From: Methyloradius palustris
GTDB taxonomy: Bacteria; Pseudomonadota; Gammaproteobacteria; Burkholderiales; Methylophilaceae
NCBI RefSeq assembly: GCF_019703875.1
Contig: NZ_AP024110.1
Location: 2,455,912 to 2,519,911 of the forward strand
Direction: 5' to 3'
Length of the DNA: 64,000 nucleotides
Shown here: positions 20,669 through 29,711 of the stretch, one piece after another
How the letters are laid out: each line of letters starts with the position of its first letter
Position numbering within the stretch: position 1 is the first letter of the stretch
Made by a program: the position numbers and the translations under genes
Notes under the pieces: model-generated
The model's database searches: none
What the model was told of the DNA's origin: nothing
The model's input: the letters and a program-made list of their open reading frames with translations, nothing else

Positions 20669-20825
20669 CGTTTCGTACATTTACTACTGATAAAACAGAA
20701 TGTGCTTAAGCATTTGTTTTATTACTTTGCTACTTGTTTGCTGCTGTTATTACCAAGCAATTTATCTGCTTGCTTGTGTTGCATGTTTTACTGCTTTTAT
20801 ACTTCGCCTACCTTAACTTCAAGCC

Positions 20826-22094
20826 TTACTTAACTTCAGGCTCATCTGGCTTTTTGTCATTGCCAGCAATGTATGGGCTCCAAGGTTGCGCCTTAATTGG
20901 GCCTGGTGTTTTCCACACCACTTTGAATTGACCATCAGCCTTGATTTCGCCAATAAACACTGGTTTGTGCAAGTGATGGTTTTTCTCATCCATGGTTGAA
21001 ACAAAGCCACCTGGTGCAGGGAAGGTTTGGCCAGCCATTGCAGCAATTACTTTGTCAGTATCAGTGCTCTTGGCTTTTTCAACTGCTTGCGCCCACATAT
21101 GGATACCGATGTAAGTCGCTTCCATTGGGTCATTGGTTAAAGGCTTGTCAGCGGTTGGCAATTTCTTAGCCTTGGCATAAGCAGACCATTCCTTGATCCA
21201 GGCAGCATTGGTTGGATTCTTGATGCTCATGAAGTAGTTCCATGCAGCCAAGTTACCGACTAGTGGCTTGGTATCAACACCGCGCAACTCTTCTTCACCC
21301 ACTGAGAAAGCAACAACAGGTACGTCTTTCGCCTTCAAGCCAGCATTGCCCAGCTCTTTGTAGAACGGAACGTTAGAGTCACCATTGATGGTAGAAACCA
21401 CGGCTGTTTTACCACCAGCTGAGAATTTCTTGATGTTAGCCACAATGGTTTGGTAATCGCTGTGACCAAATGGTGTGTACTCTTCCATGATGTTGTCATC
21501 AGTGATGCCTTTAGAGTGCAGGAATGAACGCAGAATCTTGTTGGTGGTACGTGGGTAAACATAGTCAGTACCCAGCAATACAAAGCGCTTAGCTCCGCCG
21601 CCTTCTTTGCTCAGCAGGTATTCAACAGCCGGGATAGCCTGCTGGTTAGGTGCTGCACCAGTGTAGAACACGTTCTTTTCCAGCTCTTCACCTTCATACT
21701 GCACTGGATAGAACAACAGGCCATTCAACTCTTTGTAAACTGGCAATACAGATTTACGTGATACAGAAGTCCAGCAACCGAAAGTCACGGCCACTTTGTC
21801 TTGTGTCAACAATTGGCGAGCCTTGGTAGCGAATAAAGGCCAGTCTGAAGCTGGGTCAACGACCACAGGTTCAAGCTGCTTACCAAGCACGCCACCCTTT
21901 TTGTTGATCTCATCAATCGTCATCAGCGCCATGTCTTTCAGCGCTGTTTCAGAAATAGCCATAGTGCCTGAGAGTGAGTGAAGAACACCTACCTTGATGG
22001 TGTCAGCGGCTTGTGCAAATTGCACAGCACCGATCATGGCAACGCTAGCTGCAATGACTGACATCGTTTTAATGAATGTGCGACGATTTTGCAT
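20826..22094 (-). CDS. urtA: urea ABC transporter substrate-binding protein UrtA
   Basis: 422 aa; signal peptide plus LivJ/amide-binding periplasmic fold; first gene of urtABCDE; GGAG RBS. Confidence 0.9.
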   Translation of the reverse strand: MQNRRTFIKTMSVIAASVAMIGAVQFAQAADTIKVGVLHSLSGTMAISETALKDMALMTIDEINKKGGVLGKQLEPVVVDPASDWPLFATKARQLLTQDKVAVTFGCWTSVSRKSVLPVYKELNGLLFYPVQYEGEELEKNVFYTGAAPNQQAIPAVEYLLSKEGGGAKRFVLLGTDYVYPRTTNKILRSFLHSKGITDDNIMEEYTPFGHSDYQTIVANIKKFSAGGKTAVVSTINGDSNVPFYKELGNAGLKAKDVPVVAFSVGEEELRGVDTKPLVGNLAAWNYFMSIKNPTNAAWIKEWSAYAKAKKLPTADKPLTNDPMEATYIGIHMWAQAVEKAKSTDTDKVIAAMAGQTFPAPGGFVSTMDEKNHHLHKPVFIGEIKADGQFKVVWKTPGPIKAQPWSPYIAGNDKKPDEPEVK

Positions 22095-22113
22095 TTAAAA
22101 CTCCTAATTAAAT

Positions 22114-22148
22114 ATTCAAAAATGCGGCAAGCAATCTAGGCTTGCCGC
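22114..22148 (-). terminator. rho-independent terminator of the porin gene
   Basis: GCGGCAAGC-aatctag-GCTTGCCGC perfect 9-bp stem followed by a U-run on the minus strand immediately after the porin stop. Confidence 0.75.
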
Positions 22149-22161
22149 TAGTGTTTGTGAT

Positions 22162-23283
22162 TTAGAACTGGAACTGCATCGCTACGTTGATTGCGTTGAT
22201 GTCTTTGCTCGCAGTCACTTCCGTATTGGAATAGAAGCCACTGACTTGGGCGTTATAGCCATCAATGATATAAGCGGTACCAAGGTCATACTTCTTGGTA
22301 TCTACACTACTATCAGCTTGGAATTTCTGCCAACGGACAAATGGCTGGAATTGGCCCCAACCCACTTTTTCATTAAAGATATATCCAGCCGCTGCTGAAT
22401 ATGCCTTACCTTGTTCACTTAAAAATACGTCATCGTTATCGTAGTCGTAGTAAGCGGCTTCTATTGAAATTGCGCCAGGGCCAACATCTTTCTTTTCCAA
22501 AAGAAAATCAACACTGTATGAATTGTAATCACCGGTTTTTGTAAGTGAGTAAGCGCCGCCGCCTTGAGTTCTGCCAGCAATACCTATCGCTAGAATGTCT
22601 TTGGCACCAAGATAATTACCTGTGCCATAGTAGCCAGGCTCAGCATCCCAAAAGTCATACTGCAATCTACCTGCATACATAAGCTCATCGCTGCCTGTAC
22701 GAGTACCTAGGGTAAGGCCACTGAGCTTATAGGCATTATTACCTTCAAAAGCACCGAAGGAATATCCCAATTTTCCATCAAGCAATGTACCAACCAAGGC
22801 AACACCATCATCTCGCCCAATATACCCTCCGTTATAACCATAACGTGAAGCAACACTTGCCCAATAGCCACCACCTAATGAATAGTAAGGTCCTGCCAAG
22901 TTAGCGCGATCACTAGGGGATAAGAAACGACCAGCCCAGATTGTTAATTCTGGTAAAACTTCTATCTGAACGTTGCCATCAATGACTTGAAACGTGCTGT
23001 TACCACCTGATTTTTCAGTATTTAACATGCCTTTGATGTACTTATTTACTGAGCCAGATAGATATAAACGAGCACTATCTAAATTAAAATCATTAGTGTC
23101 AGATGTGCCACCATTTGGCGCATTGCTACCTGTAAAGGAACCACGCATACCGAAACCAACACTGACGTATTTATCTTCACCAAAAGTAATGGTGCCGCCC
23201 GCATTGGCGTTGTATGCAGGGATGCTACAGGCAGCAATGACTGCTGCCAATAAAATGCTTTTGTTAAGTCTGAATGTCATCAT
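22162..23283 (-). CDS. outer-membrane porin, FmdC-like (short-chain amide/urea porin)
   Basis: 373 aa; signal peptide; Gly/Tyr-rich alternating beta-strand pattern; C-terminal ...AMQFQF; immediately upstream of the urt operon, as fmdC is in Methylophilus. Confidence 0.7.
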   Translation of the reverse strand: MMTFRLNKSILLAAVIAACSIPAYNANAGGTITFGEDKYVSVGFGMRGSFTGSNAPNGGTSDTNDFNLDSARLYLSGSVNKYIKGMLNTEKSGGNSTFQVIDGNVQIEVLPELTIWAGRFLSPSDRANLAGPYYSLGGGYWASVASRYGYNGGYIGRDDGVALVGTLLDGKLGYSFGAFEGNNAYKLSGLTLGTRTGSDELMYAGRLQYDFWDAEPGYYGTGNYLGAKDILAIGIAGRTQGGGAYSLTKTGDYNSYSVDFLLEKKDVGPGAISIEAAYYDYDNDDVFLSEQGKAYSAAAGYIFNEKVGWGQFQPFVRWQKFQADSSVDTKKYDLGTAYIIDGYNAQVSGFYSNTEVTASKDINAINVAMQFQF

Positions 23284-23321
23284 GACGCCCCTTGTAATAT
23301 TGAATAGAAATTAAAATAAAT

Positions 23322-23333
23322 AGGTCATGACCT
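23322..23333. promoter_or_regulatory. perfect 12-bp palindrome AGGTCATGACCT in porin promoter region
   Basis: Seen directly; about 40 bp upstream of the porin start codon. Confidence 0.3.
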
Positions 23334-23495
23334 GTCATCAAAAACTGTACAGGTATGTAACGTGGGATGAAGATTAGCGATTGCGCTTAGAAATCTAAAT
23401 ACGTCATATTGCGTAGATGATTGCAACAACAGCAAATGGGATTTGTGCTAATTTTGCGTGGTGATTGATAGATACTTAAATTAAACGGAATTAAC

Positions 23496-24020
23496 ATGCA
23501 AAAACAAACTTCACCAGCATTTATCAACATCAGCACTGCAGCGTTATTGCTAGCAACCTTCCTACTCTCAGGTTGTGGCGAATTTGCTTACAAGCGCGGC
23601 GCGAGCGCATCGGACTTGCAAGAAGCTCGCAAAGCCTGTGCTACGCAAGGCGATAGCCCAGTCATTGCGGAACAATGCCTTGCAGATAAAGGTTGGACTG
23701 TAAAACCTCTAGATAAGATGGATCCACTGTTAGCCACAGTAGGCATTAGTGATAACAGAACAGGGAAATTGATTCAAAAAGGAGGTAGCACACCAGAAAC
23801 CAACGCCGAACTAGCAAAACCAGCCGATCCACTTGATAGCTTTAAAATCAGCTCATGGTGGAAAACAGGCGCAGATGCAAACGCATTGAAATCAGGGATT
23901 AACGAATGTGTAGCCACTCTGGGTGAAGCACATCGGCCTGCACCTGGCTCCTTAAACGCAACACGTGGACTTTTGCTGTGCATGCGAACTAAAGGCTGGT
24001 ATGCGCTAGCCGCTCAATAA
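23496..24020 (+). CDS. hypothetical lipoprotein
   Basis: 174 aa; signal peptide with LLSGC lipobox; no recognisable domain. Confidence 0.5.
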   Translation: MQKQTSPAFINISTAALLLATFLLSGCGEFAYKRGASASDLQEARKACATQGDSPVIAEQCLADKGWTVKPLDKMDPLLATVGISDNRTGKLIQKGGSTPETNAELAKPADPLDSFKISSWWKTGADANALKSGINECVATLGEAHRPAPGSLNATRGLLLCMRTKGWYALAAQ

Positions 24021-24042
24021 TTAGAGCCAATTATTCGAATCA

Positions 24043-24068
24043 GAAGGCCTGCTTAAGCAGGCCTTCTG
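24043..24068 (+). terminator. stem-loop terminator after lipoprotein gene
   Basis: AGAAGGCCTGC-ttaa-GCAGGCCTTCT perfect 11-bp stem; weak T-tract. Confidence 0.45.
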
Positions 24069-24256
24069 ATATTAAGATTCTGTGAATCGAGTTACAGTTT
24101 CCGACCCACAAAGGTCATTCCAAACTTAAAAGTGCTTCATCCAATTTAACCATTGCGCATGGCGCACGCCACGCCCTGCGCAATGGCACTCATCTGGTAA
24201 TTTATCTTGGTGCGGCAGCGCTTGTGTAAAGCATCAATGTATTACACGGCAAAGGC

Positions 24257-26515
24257 TTGGTGACGGATAATAGCGCCCACATCATTTGCACCATTTTTGG
24301 AATTCTCCCATGGAAATTAAGGTCAACTTATCTCGATAAGCTACGTCTTGAAGCCAAGTTCGATGACTTCACGGTGATTGCCGACCAGCCTATCCGCTAT
24401 AAAGGCGATGGCTCGGCGCCAGGCCCTTTCGATTACTTTTTGGCTTCATCGGCTTTGTGCGCGGCTTATTTTGTGAAGTTGTACTGCAACACTCGCAATA
24501 TCCCCACCGAAAATATCCGTCTTTCGCACAACAATATTGTCGATCCGGAAAACCGTTACCAGCAGATATTCAAGATCCAGGTCGAGTTGCCGGCGGATAT
24601 CTCCGACAAAGACCGCCAAGGTATCCTGCGCTCCATCGATCGTTGTACAGTTAAAAAAGTAGTGCAAGCCGGCCCCGAGTTTGTCATCGAAGAAGTCGCT
24701 AACCTGGATGCCGATGCACAGGCCTTGCTGACGGTGCAGTCGGCTTCTGACGCCATTACCTATATCGCGGGCAAAGACTTACCTTTAGAGCAAACCATTG
24801 CCAATATGTCTGGCGTGCTGGCGGGCCTTGGCATCAAGATAGAAATCGCGTCGTGGCGCAATATCATTCCCAATGTGTGGTCCTTGCATATCCGCGATGC
24901 ACACTCGCCTATGTGTTTCACTAACGGGAAGGGTTCCACTAAGGAAAGCGCGTTGGCGTCGGCCCTGGGCGAGTATATCGAGCGGCTGAGTAACAACCAT
25001 TTCTATGCCGGTACTTACTGGGGCGAAGATATCGCCAACTCAGAGTTCGTGCATTATCCAAATGAGCGCTGGTTTCAGCCAGGCCGTAAAGATGCGCTGC
25101 CAAAAGAAATTCTGGATGCGTACTGTCTGCAAATCTACAATCCCGATGGTGAGTTACGCGGTTCGCATCTGGTCGATACTAATTCCGGCAATGTGCAGCG
25201 CGGTATTTGTTCGTTGCCCTATGTGCGCAAGTCGGATGGCGAGGTGGTTTATTTTCCATCCAACCTGGTCGAAAACCTCTACGTCAGCAATGGCATGAGT
25301 GCTGGTAATACGCTGGCCGAGGCACAGGTGCAATGCCTGTCGGAGATTTTCGAGCGGGCGATCAAACGTGAAATTATCGAAGGTGAAATCGCCTTGCCTG
25401 ATGTGCCGCAGCAAGTATTGGCGAAATACCCTGGTATTCTCGCAGGCATTCAAGGCTTGGAAGAGCAAGGCTTCCCAGTGATGGTTAAGGATGCGTCACT
25501 GGGTGGGATCTACCCAGTGATGTGTGTCACCTTAATGAATCCGCGCACAGGTGGGGTGTTTGCCTCGTTCGGCGCACATCCAAAACTTGAAGTCGCGCTG
25601 GAACGCAGCCTGACCGAATTGCTTCAAGGCCGCAGTTTTGAAGGCCTGAACGATTTACCGCAACCCACGTTTGCCAGTGAAGCCGTGACTGAGCCCAATA
25701 ACTTTGTTGAACACTTCATCGATTCCAGCGGCATTGTGTCGTGGCGCTTTTTCAGCGCCAAATCGGATTTCGAGTTTGTTGAGTGGGATTTTTCTGGCCA
25801 AGGGGAGAACTCCAATGCTGAGGAAGCCGCCACGTTGCTCGGCATTCTCAAAGCCATGGGCAAGGAGGTATACACGGCAGTCTATGACCAGCTAGGCGCC
25901 GTCGCTTGCCGGATGGTGGTGCCCGGCTATTCGGAAGTTTACCCAATAGAAGATTTGATCTGGGATAACACCAACAAAGCCCTATTGTTCCGCGCCGATA
26001 TCCTGAACTTGCACAACCTAGATGACGCAAACCTGGAAGCGCTGCTTGAGCGTTTGGAGAATAACGAGCTGGATGATTACGGCGATATCGCCACATTGAT
26101 CGGCATCGAATTTGACGAGAATACCGACTGGGGCCAGCTAACCGTTCTGGAGTTAAAGCTGCTAATTCATCTCGCTTTGCAGCAATTTGAGGAAGCGCAT
26201 GAGCTGGTGGGTGCCTTCCTGCAGTACAACGACAACACCGCCGAGCGCGGATTGTTTTACCAAGCCTTGAATGTGGTGCTGGAGGTTCTGCTGGATGATG
26301 ACCTGGAACTCGACGACTACGCGGTCAACTTCCGCCGCATGTTTGGCGATGCCAAGATGGACGCCGCGATGGGCTCAGTGGACGGCAGCGTGCGCTTTTT
26401 CGGCTTAACGCCTACCAGTATGAAACTGGAGGGCCTCGACAGGCATCACCGCCTGATCGACAGCTACAAAAAATTGCATACGGCTCGAGCCAAAATGGCG
26501 GCTACGGCCAGTTAG
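24257..26515 (+). CDS. OsmC-domain / YcaO-domain fusion protein with C-terminal TPR-like region
   Basis: 752 aa; N-terminal OsmC/Ohr-like fold (FDYFLASSALCAAYF); central YcaO ATP-binding core (NGKGSTKESALASALGEYIERLS...SNGMSAGNTLAEAQVQCLSEIFER); acidic helical C-terminus. Confidence 0.8.
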   Translation: MVTDNSAHIICTIFGILPWKLRSTYLDKLRLEAKFDDFTVIADQPIRYKGDGSAPGPFDYFLASSALCAAYFVKLYCNTRNIPTENIRLSHNNIVDPENRYQQIFKIQVELPADISDKDRQGILRSIDRCTVKKVVQAGPEFVIEEVANLDADAQALLTVQSASDAITYIAGKDLPLEQTIANMSGVLAGLGIKIEIASWRNIIPNVWSLHIRDAHSPMCFTNGKGSTKESALASALGEYIERLSNNHFYAGTYWGEDIANSEFVHYPNERWFQPGRKDALPKEILDAYCLQIYNPDGELRGSHLVDTNSGNVQRGICSLPYVRKSDGEVVYFPSNLVENLYVSNGMSAGNTLAEAQVQCLSEIFERAIKREIIEGEIALPDVPQQVLAKYPGILAGIQGLEEQGFPVMVKDASLGGIYPVMCVTLMNPRTGGVFASFGAHPKLEVALERSLTELLQGRSFEGLNDLPQPTFASEAVTEPNNFVEHFIDSSGIVSWRFFSAKSDFEFVEWDFSGQGENSNAEEAATLLGILKAMGKEVYTAVYDQLGAVACRMVVPGYSEVYPIEDLIWDNTNKALLFRADILNLHNLDDANLEALLERLENNELDDYGDIATLIGIEFDENTDWGQLTVLELKLLIHLALQQFEEAHELVGAFLQYNDNTAERGLFYQALNVVLEVLLDDDLELDDYAVNFRRMFGDAKMDAAMGSVDGSVRFFGLTPTSMKLEGLDRHHRLIDSYKKLHTARAKMAATAS

Positions 26516-26915
26516 GATCACGAGTCACGGCATGTGTGCTCTGGGAGCCCCCCAGCGCACATGCATGTTCCAACCTGAGCGACTAACTGTGCTGGCGTTC
26601 AATCAAGCTGGCTGCGGGCGACCCAAAATAGCCATAAAATGGCTAGTAACTATTCAAAAAAATCCGCACTTCCATCCTCTGGTGCAGTCAATAAAGCACG
26701 TCGCTTTAATCACAAACTCAATATTTATCAATTACTTAATCACATCAATTCAAATTAGGCATATATTAATCAATAAATTTTATTTTTATTTGTAAGGATT
26801 TTTCAAATGGCTCGACTAAACGGGGAGAACACAAAATGATGACCATTTTTTAGCAACAAAAAATCAACCGCATTAATAGAAAATCTATCTAATTTTGGTC
26901 AGGGACGGATACATC

Positions 26916-27533
26916 ATGCAAATACATCAACATCCGCTTTACGTAAAAATATGCCACTGGGTAAATGCACTGGCAATTCTTTTAATGGTCACTAGTGGCT
27001 GGCGTATTTACAACGCCTCACCCATTTTTGAATTCAAATTCCCTAAAATGCTGACCATCGGTGGTTGGCTGGGTGGAGCTTTACAATGGCACTTTGCGGC
27101 TATGTGGCTACTGGCTATCAATGGCCTGATTTATCTATTAGTGAATATCATCTCTGGCCGAATGTGGTCAAAGTTTTTACCCATTCGCCCCAAACAATTA
27201 CTCGCTGATTTTCGCGATGCCCTCATGCTAAAGCTTGACCACAGCAACCTGCAAAATTACAACGCCGTACAAAAATCCGCCTATCTCTCGGCCATGCTGT
27301 TCATCATCGTCACCGTGCTTTCTGGCTTGGCAATATGGAAGTCTGTTCAGTTTCCCTTACTGCGTGAACTGATGGGTGGATATGACAACGCACGTATCGT
27401 GCATTTCTTCGCGATGTCATTGATTGTTGCTTTCGTATTCGTACATGTAGTTATGGTGACATTGGTACCCGAAACATTAGTCGCCATGATAGGTAGCTTC
27501 AAACGCAACAAAACAGCAGGAGCGAAATCATGA
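26916..27533 (+). CDS. diheme b-type cytochrome membrane subunit (Ni/Fe-hydrogenase cyt b / cytochrome b561 family)
   Basis: 4 TM helices with conserved His pairs (ICHWVNAL, LQWHFAAMW, VHFFAMS...VHVVMV); ATG with AGGGACGGA RBS; translationally coupled to the next gene. Confidence 0.75.
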   Translation: MQIHQHPLYVKICHWVNALAILLMVTSGWRIYNASPIFEFKFPKMLTIGGWLGGALQWHFAAMWLLAINGLIYLLVNIISGRMWSKFLPIRPKQLLADFRDALMLKLDHSNLQNYNAVQKSAYLSAMLFIIVTVLSGLAIWKSVQFPLLRELMGGYDNARIVHFFAMSLIVAFVFVHVVMVTLVPETLVAMIGSFKRNKTAGAKS

Positions 27534-28303
27534 GCAACCGCCCAAAAGTCGAAGGCGTTGATACTAAATACGTCATCAAACAAGTTGAGAAACAACTCGA
27601 TAGCGCTAGCCGCAGAGAATTTGGCAAGCGTATCTTAAGCCTGGGTACTCTCTCACTGCTCTCTGGCTGTGTACTGACTGATGACGATTCCATCGAAAAA
27701 ATGCTGATGTCAGTCTCGCGCTGGAACGACAAAGTGCAGGGCTTTTTGTTTGACCCCAACAAAATGGCACCGACCTATCCAGAAAGTATGATCACCAAAC
27801 CATTTCCGTTCAATGCCTACTACGGTGAAGACGAAATACGTGTGGTAGATGGTGATAGCTACAAATTAGAACTTAGCGGACTCATTAAAGAGCGCAAGCC
27901 ATGGACACTCACTCAACTCGCGATGCTGCCACAAACCAGCCAAGTCACACGCCATATCTGCGTAGAAGGCTGGAGCGCGATTGGTAAATGGGGTGGCATT
28001 CGATTCTCTGATTTTCTAAACATGGTGGGCGCTGATACAACCGCCAAATACGTTGGATTTAAATGTGCGGATGACTATTACACCAGCATAGATATGCCGA
28101 GCGCCTTACACGCACAGACACAACTCACCATGAGCTTCGCGGATGAAACGCTATCTAAGGAATATGGCTTTCCACTCAAGCTACGCATCCCCACCAAGCT
28201 TGGCTTTAAAAACCCAAAATACATCACAGAGATATACGTCACAAATGATTACCCAGGCGGCTACTGGGAGGATCAAGGGTATAACTGGTTCAGTGGATCC
28301 TGA
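27530..28303 (+). CDS. sulfite-oxidase-family molybdopterin oxidoreductase (periplasmic, Tat/lipobox signal)
   Basis: 257 aa; SRREFGKRIL twin-arginine motif plus LLSGC; Oxidored_molyb signature region (HICVEGWSAIGKWGGIRF...GFPLKLRIPTKLGFKNPKYI). Confidence 0.8.
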   Translation: MSNRPKVEGVDTKYVIKQVEKQLDSASRREFGKRILSLGTLSLLSGCVLTDDDSIEKMLMSVSRWNDKVQGFLFDPNKMAPTYPESMITKPFPFNAYYGEDEIRVVDGDSYKLELSGLIKERKPWTLTQLAMLPQTSQVTRHICVEGWSAIGKWGGIRFSDFLNMVGADTTAKYVGFKCADDYYTSIDMPSALHAQTQLTMSFADETLSKEYGFPLKLRIPTKLGFKNPKYITEIYVTNDYPGGYWEDQGYNWFSGS

Positions 28304-28351
28304 GCCTGTTTGTTCGGCAATTTTGCCATTTTTTACTTGGAGATAGAAACG

Positions 28352-28579
28352 ATGTCTAAATTACTTGGTATTTTATTAGCAGCAACTTTAAGCCTCTGTG
28401 TTGCCGGCGCTCACGCCGATGACATGAAAAAAGATGAAATGATGAAGAAGGATGAAATGTCGCACGACAGCATGAAAAAAGACGACATGATGAAGAAAGA
28501 TTCCATGTCTAAAGACAGTATGAAAAAGGATGAAATGATGAAAAAGGACGACATGAAGAAAGATGAAATGAAGCACTAA
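28352..28579 (+). CDS. secreted methionine-rich MXKDX pentapeptide-repeat protein
   Basis: Signal peptide then 11 tandem M-K-K-D-E/D/S-M units; about 24% Met in the mature 54 aa; ends KH. Confidence 0.7.
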   Translation: MSKLLGILLAATLSLCVAGAHADDMKKDEMMKKDEMSHDSMKKDDMMKKDSMSKDSMKKDEMMKKDDMKKDEMKH

Positions 28580-28632
28580 TCATTTCCTGGCATGTCAGAA
28601 CGGACTCAACTCAGTGGGAGTGAGTCCGTTTT

Positions 28633-29049
28633 TTATGGCTTTGGTGCACTCCAGCGCAGAACTGAATTCAGCATGTATGGGAATGGCAATTTTGAAAGCC
28701 AGTGCCTATTGTCAGCCACCCAAGGATATGCTCGGCTTAATATAGGTCTCAGCATTTTACTACCCCAAAATTTACTTAATTTACTGAAGCCTGCCGCCGC
28801 ATATGCGGCCTCAAATACATCAACACCTTTTATCCACTGGCCTGCAGCATCTTGGGCATGAATGCGTTCCATCATCGCCTCTTTGTTTGTAGGGCAACTT
28901 GGTGGCTCGGTGAATTCCATGGCTGAGCAATCCACCAGGATAAGATTTTCATCAAAATCAGTTTCCTTGATGGTATGCATTTCTGCTGAGCAGAGTGGAC
29001 AAGAGGCATCATAGAAAATCGTTAATGGATAAGTAATCTGGATGGTCAT
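28633..29049 (-). CDS. DCC-family thiol-disulfide oxidoreductase (DUF393)
   Basis: 138 aa; N-terminal YDASCPLC CxxC motif and overall DCC1-like pattern. Confidence 0.75.
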   Translation of the reverse strand: MTIQITYPLTIFYDASCPLCSAEMHTIKETDFDENLILVDCSAMEFTEPPSCPTNKEAMMERIHAQDAAGQWIKGVDVFEAAYAAAGFSKLSKFWGSKMLRPILSRAYPWVADNRHWLSKLPFPYMLNSVLRWSAPKP

Positions 29050-29597
29050 TTTTTGCTCCTGATCAAGTTTTGAATCTTTGCCCCATACTTCATAATTTTG
29101 GTGAGTGTTTCTGGTTTTAGCCTGATCATTTCGTCACCCCAAATTGAGAGCGTCTCCATCAAAGTCAGAATATCTTCTACCCGCTTCTTGGCATCTTTCT
29201 CTTCTTCAGAAAATTTGCTTTCTGCCGCGAATTTTTTGAGGAAGTTGACAGTAGGGTCAAACTCGCGCGCCTTACGTTCGATAATCACCGTACTAAATAA
29301 TTGCCATATATCCAGTGAAGTCTCGAAATAATCGCGTCTATCGCCCATCACATGAGTGATATGCACTAGGTTCCAGTTTTGTAACTCTTTCAAACTATTA
29401 CTCACGTTCGAGCGTGCAACCATCAAGTTGCTGGCAATCTGCTCCGCATTCAACGGCTTGCCTGTGTAGTAAAGCAAGGCATGTATCTGCGAAACCGTAC
29501 GATTAATGCCCCATTGCGCGCCCATTTCGCCCCAATGCAAGACAAATTGTCTTCCAAGGTCACTGAGTGCAATTTGTTCTGTTGATTCATTTTCCAT
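29046..29597 (-). CDS. GbsR/MarR-family transcriptional regulator
   Basis: wHTH region (QIASNLMVARSNVSNSLKELQNWNLV) with GbsR-like N-terminus; start moved to the Met with AGGAG RBS. Confidence 0.7.
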   Translation of the reverse strand: MENESTEQIALSDLGRQFVLHWGEMGAQWGINRTVSQIHALLYYTGKPLNAEQIASNLMVARSNVSNSLKELQNWNLVHITHVMGDRRDYFETSLDIWQLFSTVIIERKAREFDPTVNFLKKFAAESKFSEEEKDAKKRVEDILTLMETLSIWGDEMIRLKPETLTKIMKYGAKIQNLIRSKK

Positions 29598-29711
29598 CTT
29601 TAAATCTCCTGCTTGATTAATCTGCTTGACCAATTATCTTTCATGTCATATATTTCTGTCAATACAGAAATTACAGAATATTAGAAATTTAGACAAGTTA
29701 AGGGGAACGAT

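Noticed and set aside
22095-22161. sigma54 promoter for urtA in the short urtA-porin spacer
   Set aside because: The only GG...GC candidate has 12-nt spacing instead of 10. The dominant feature is the porin terminator hairpin, so the urtA promoter probably lies elsewhere or there is read-through.
26536-26575. GC-rich imperfect hairpin (GCATGTGTGCTCTGGG...CCCAGCGCACATGC) after the OsmC-YcaO gene
   Set aside because: It is probably just a transcription terminator. The stem is imperfect and there is no U-tract, so confidence is too low to list as a feature.
28352-28579. Tandem 15-18-nt DNA periodicity that could be mistaken for a repeat array or CRISPR-like structure
   Set aside because: The periodicity is the in-frame coding repeat of the MXKDX Met-rich protein. 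There are no spacers or cas genes, and the repeats drift at synonymous and non-synonymous positions.
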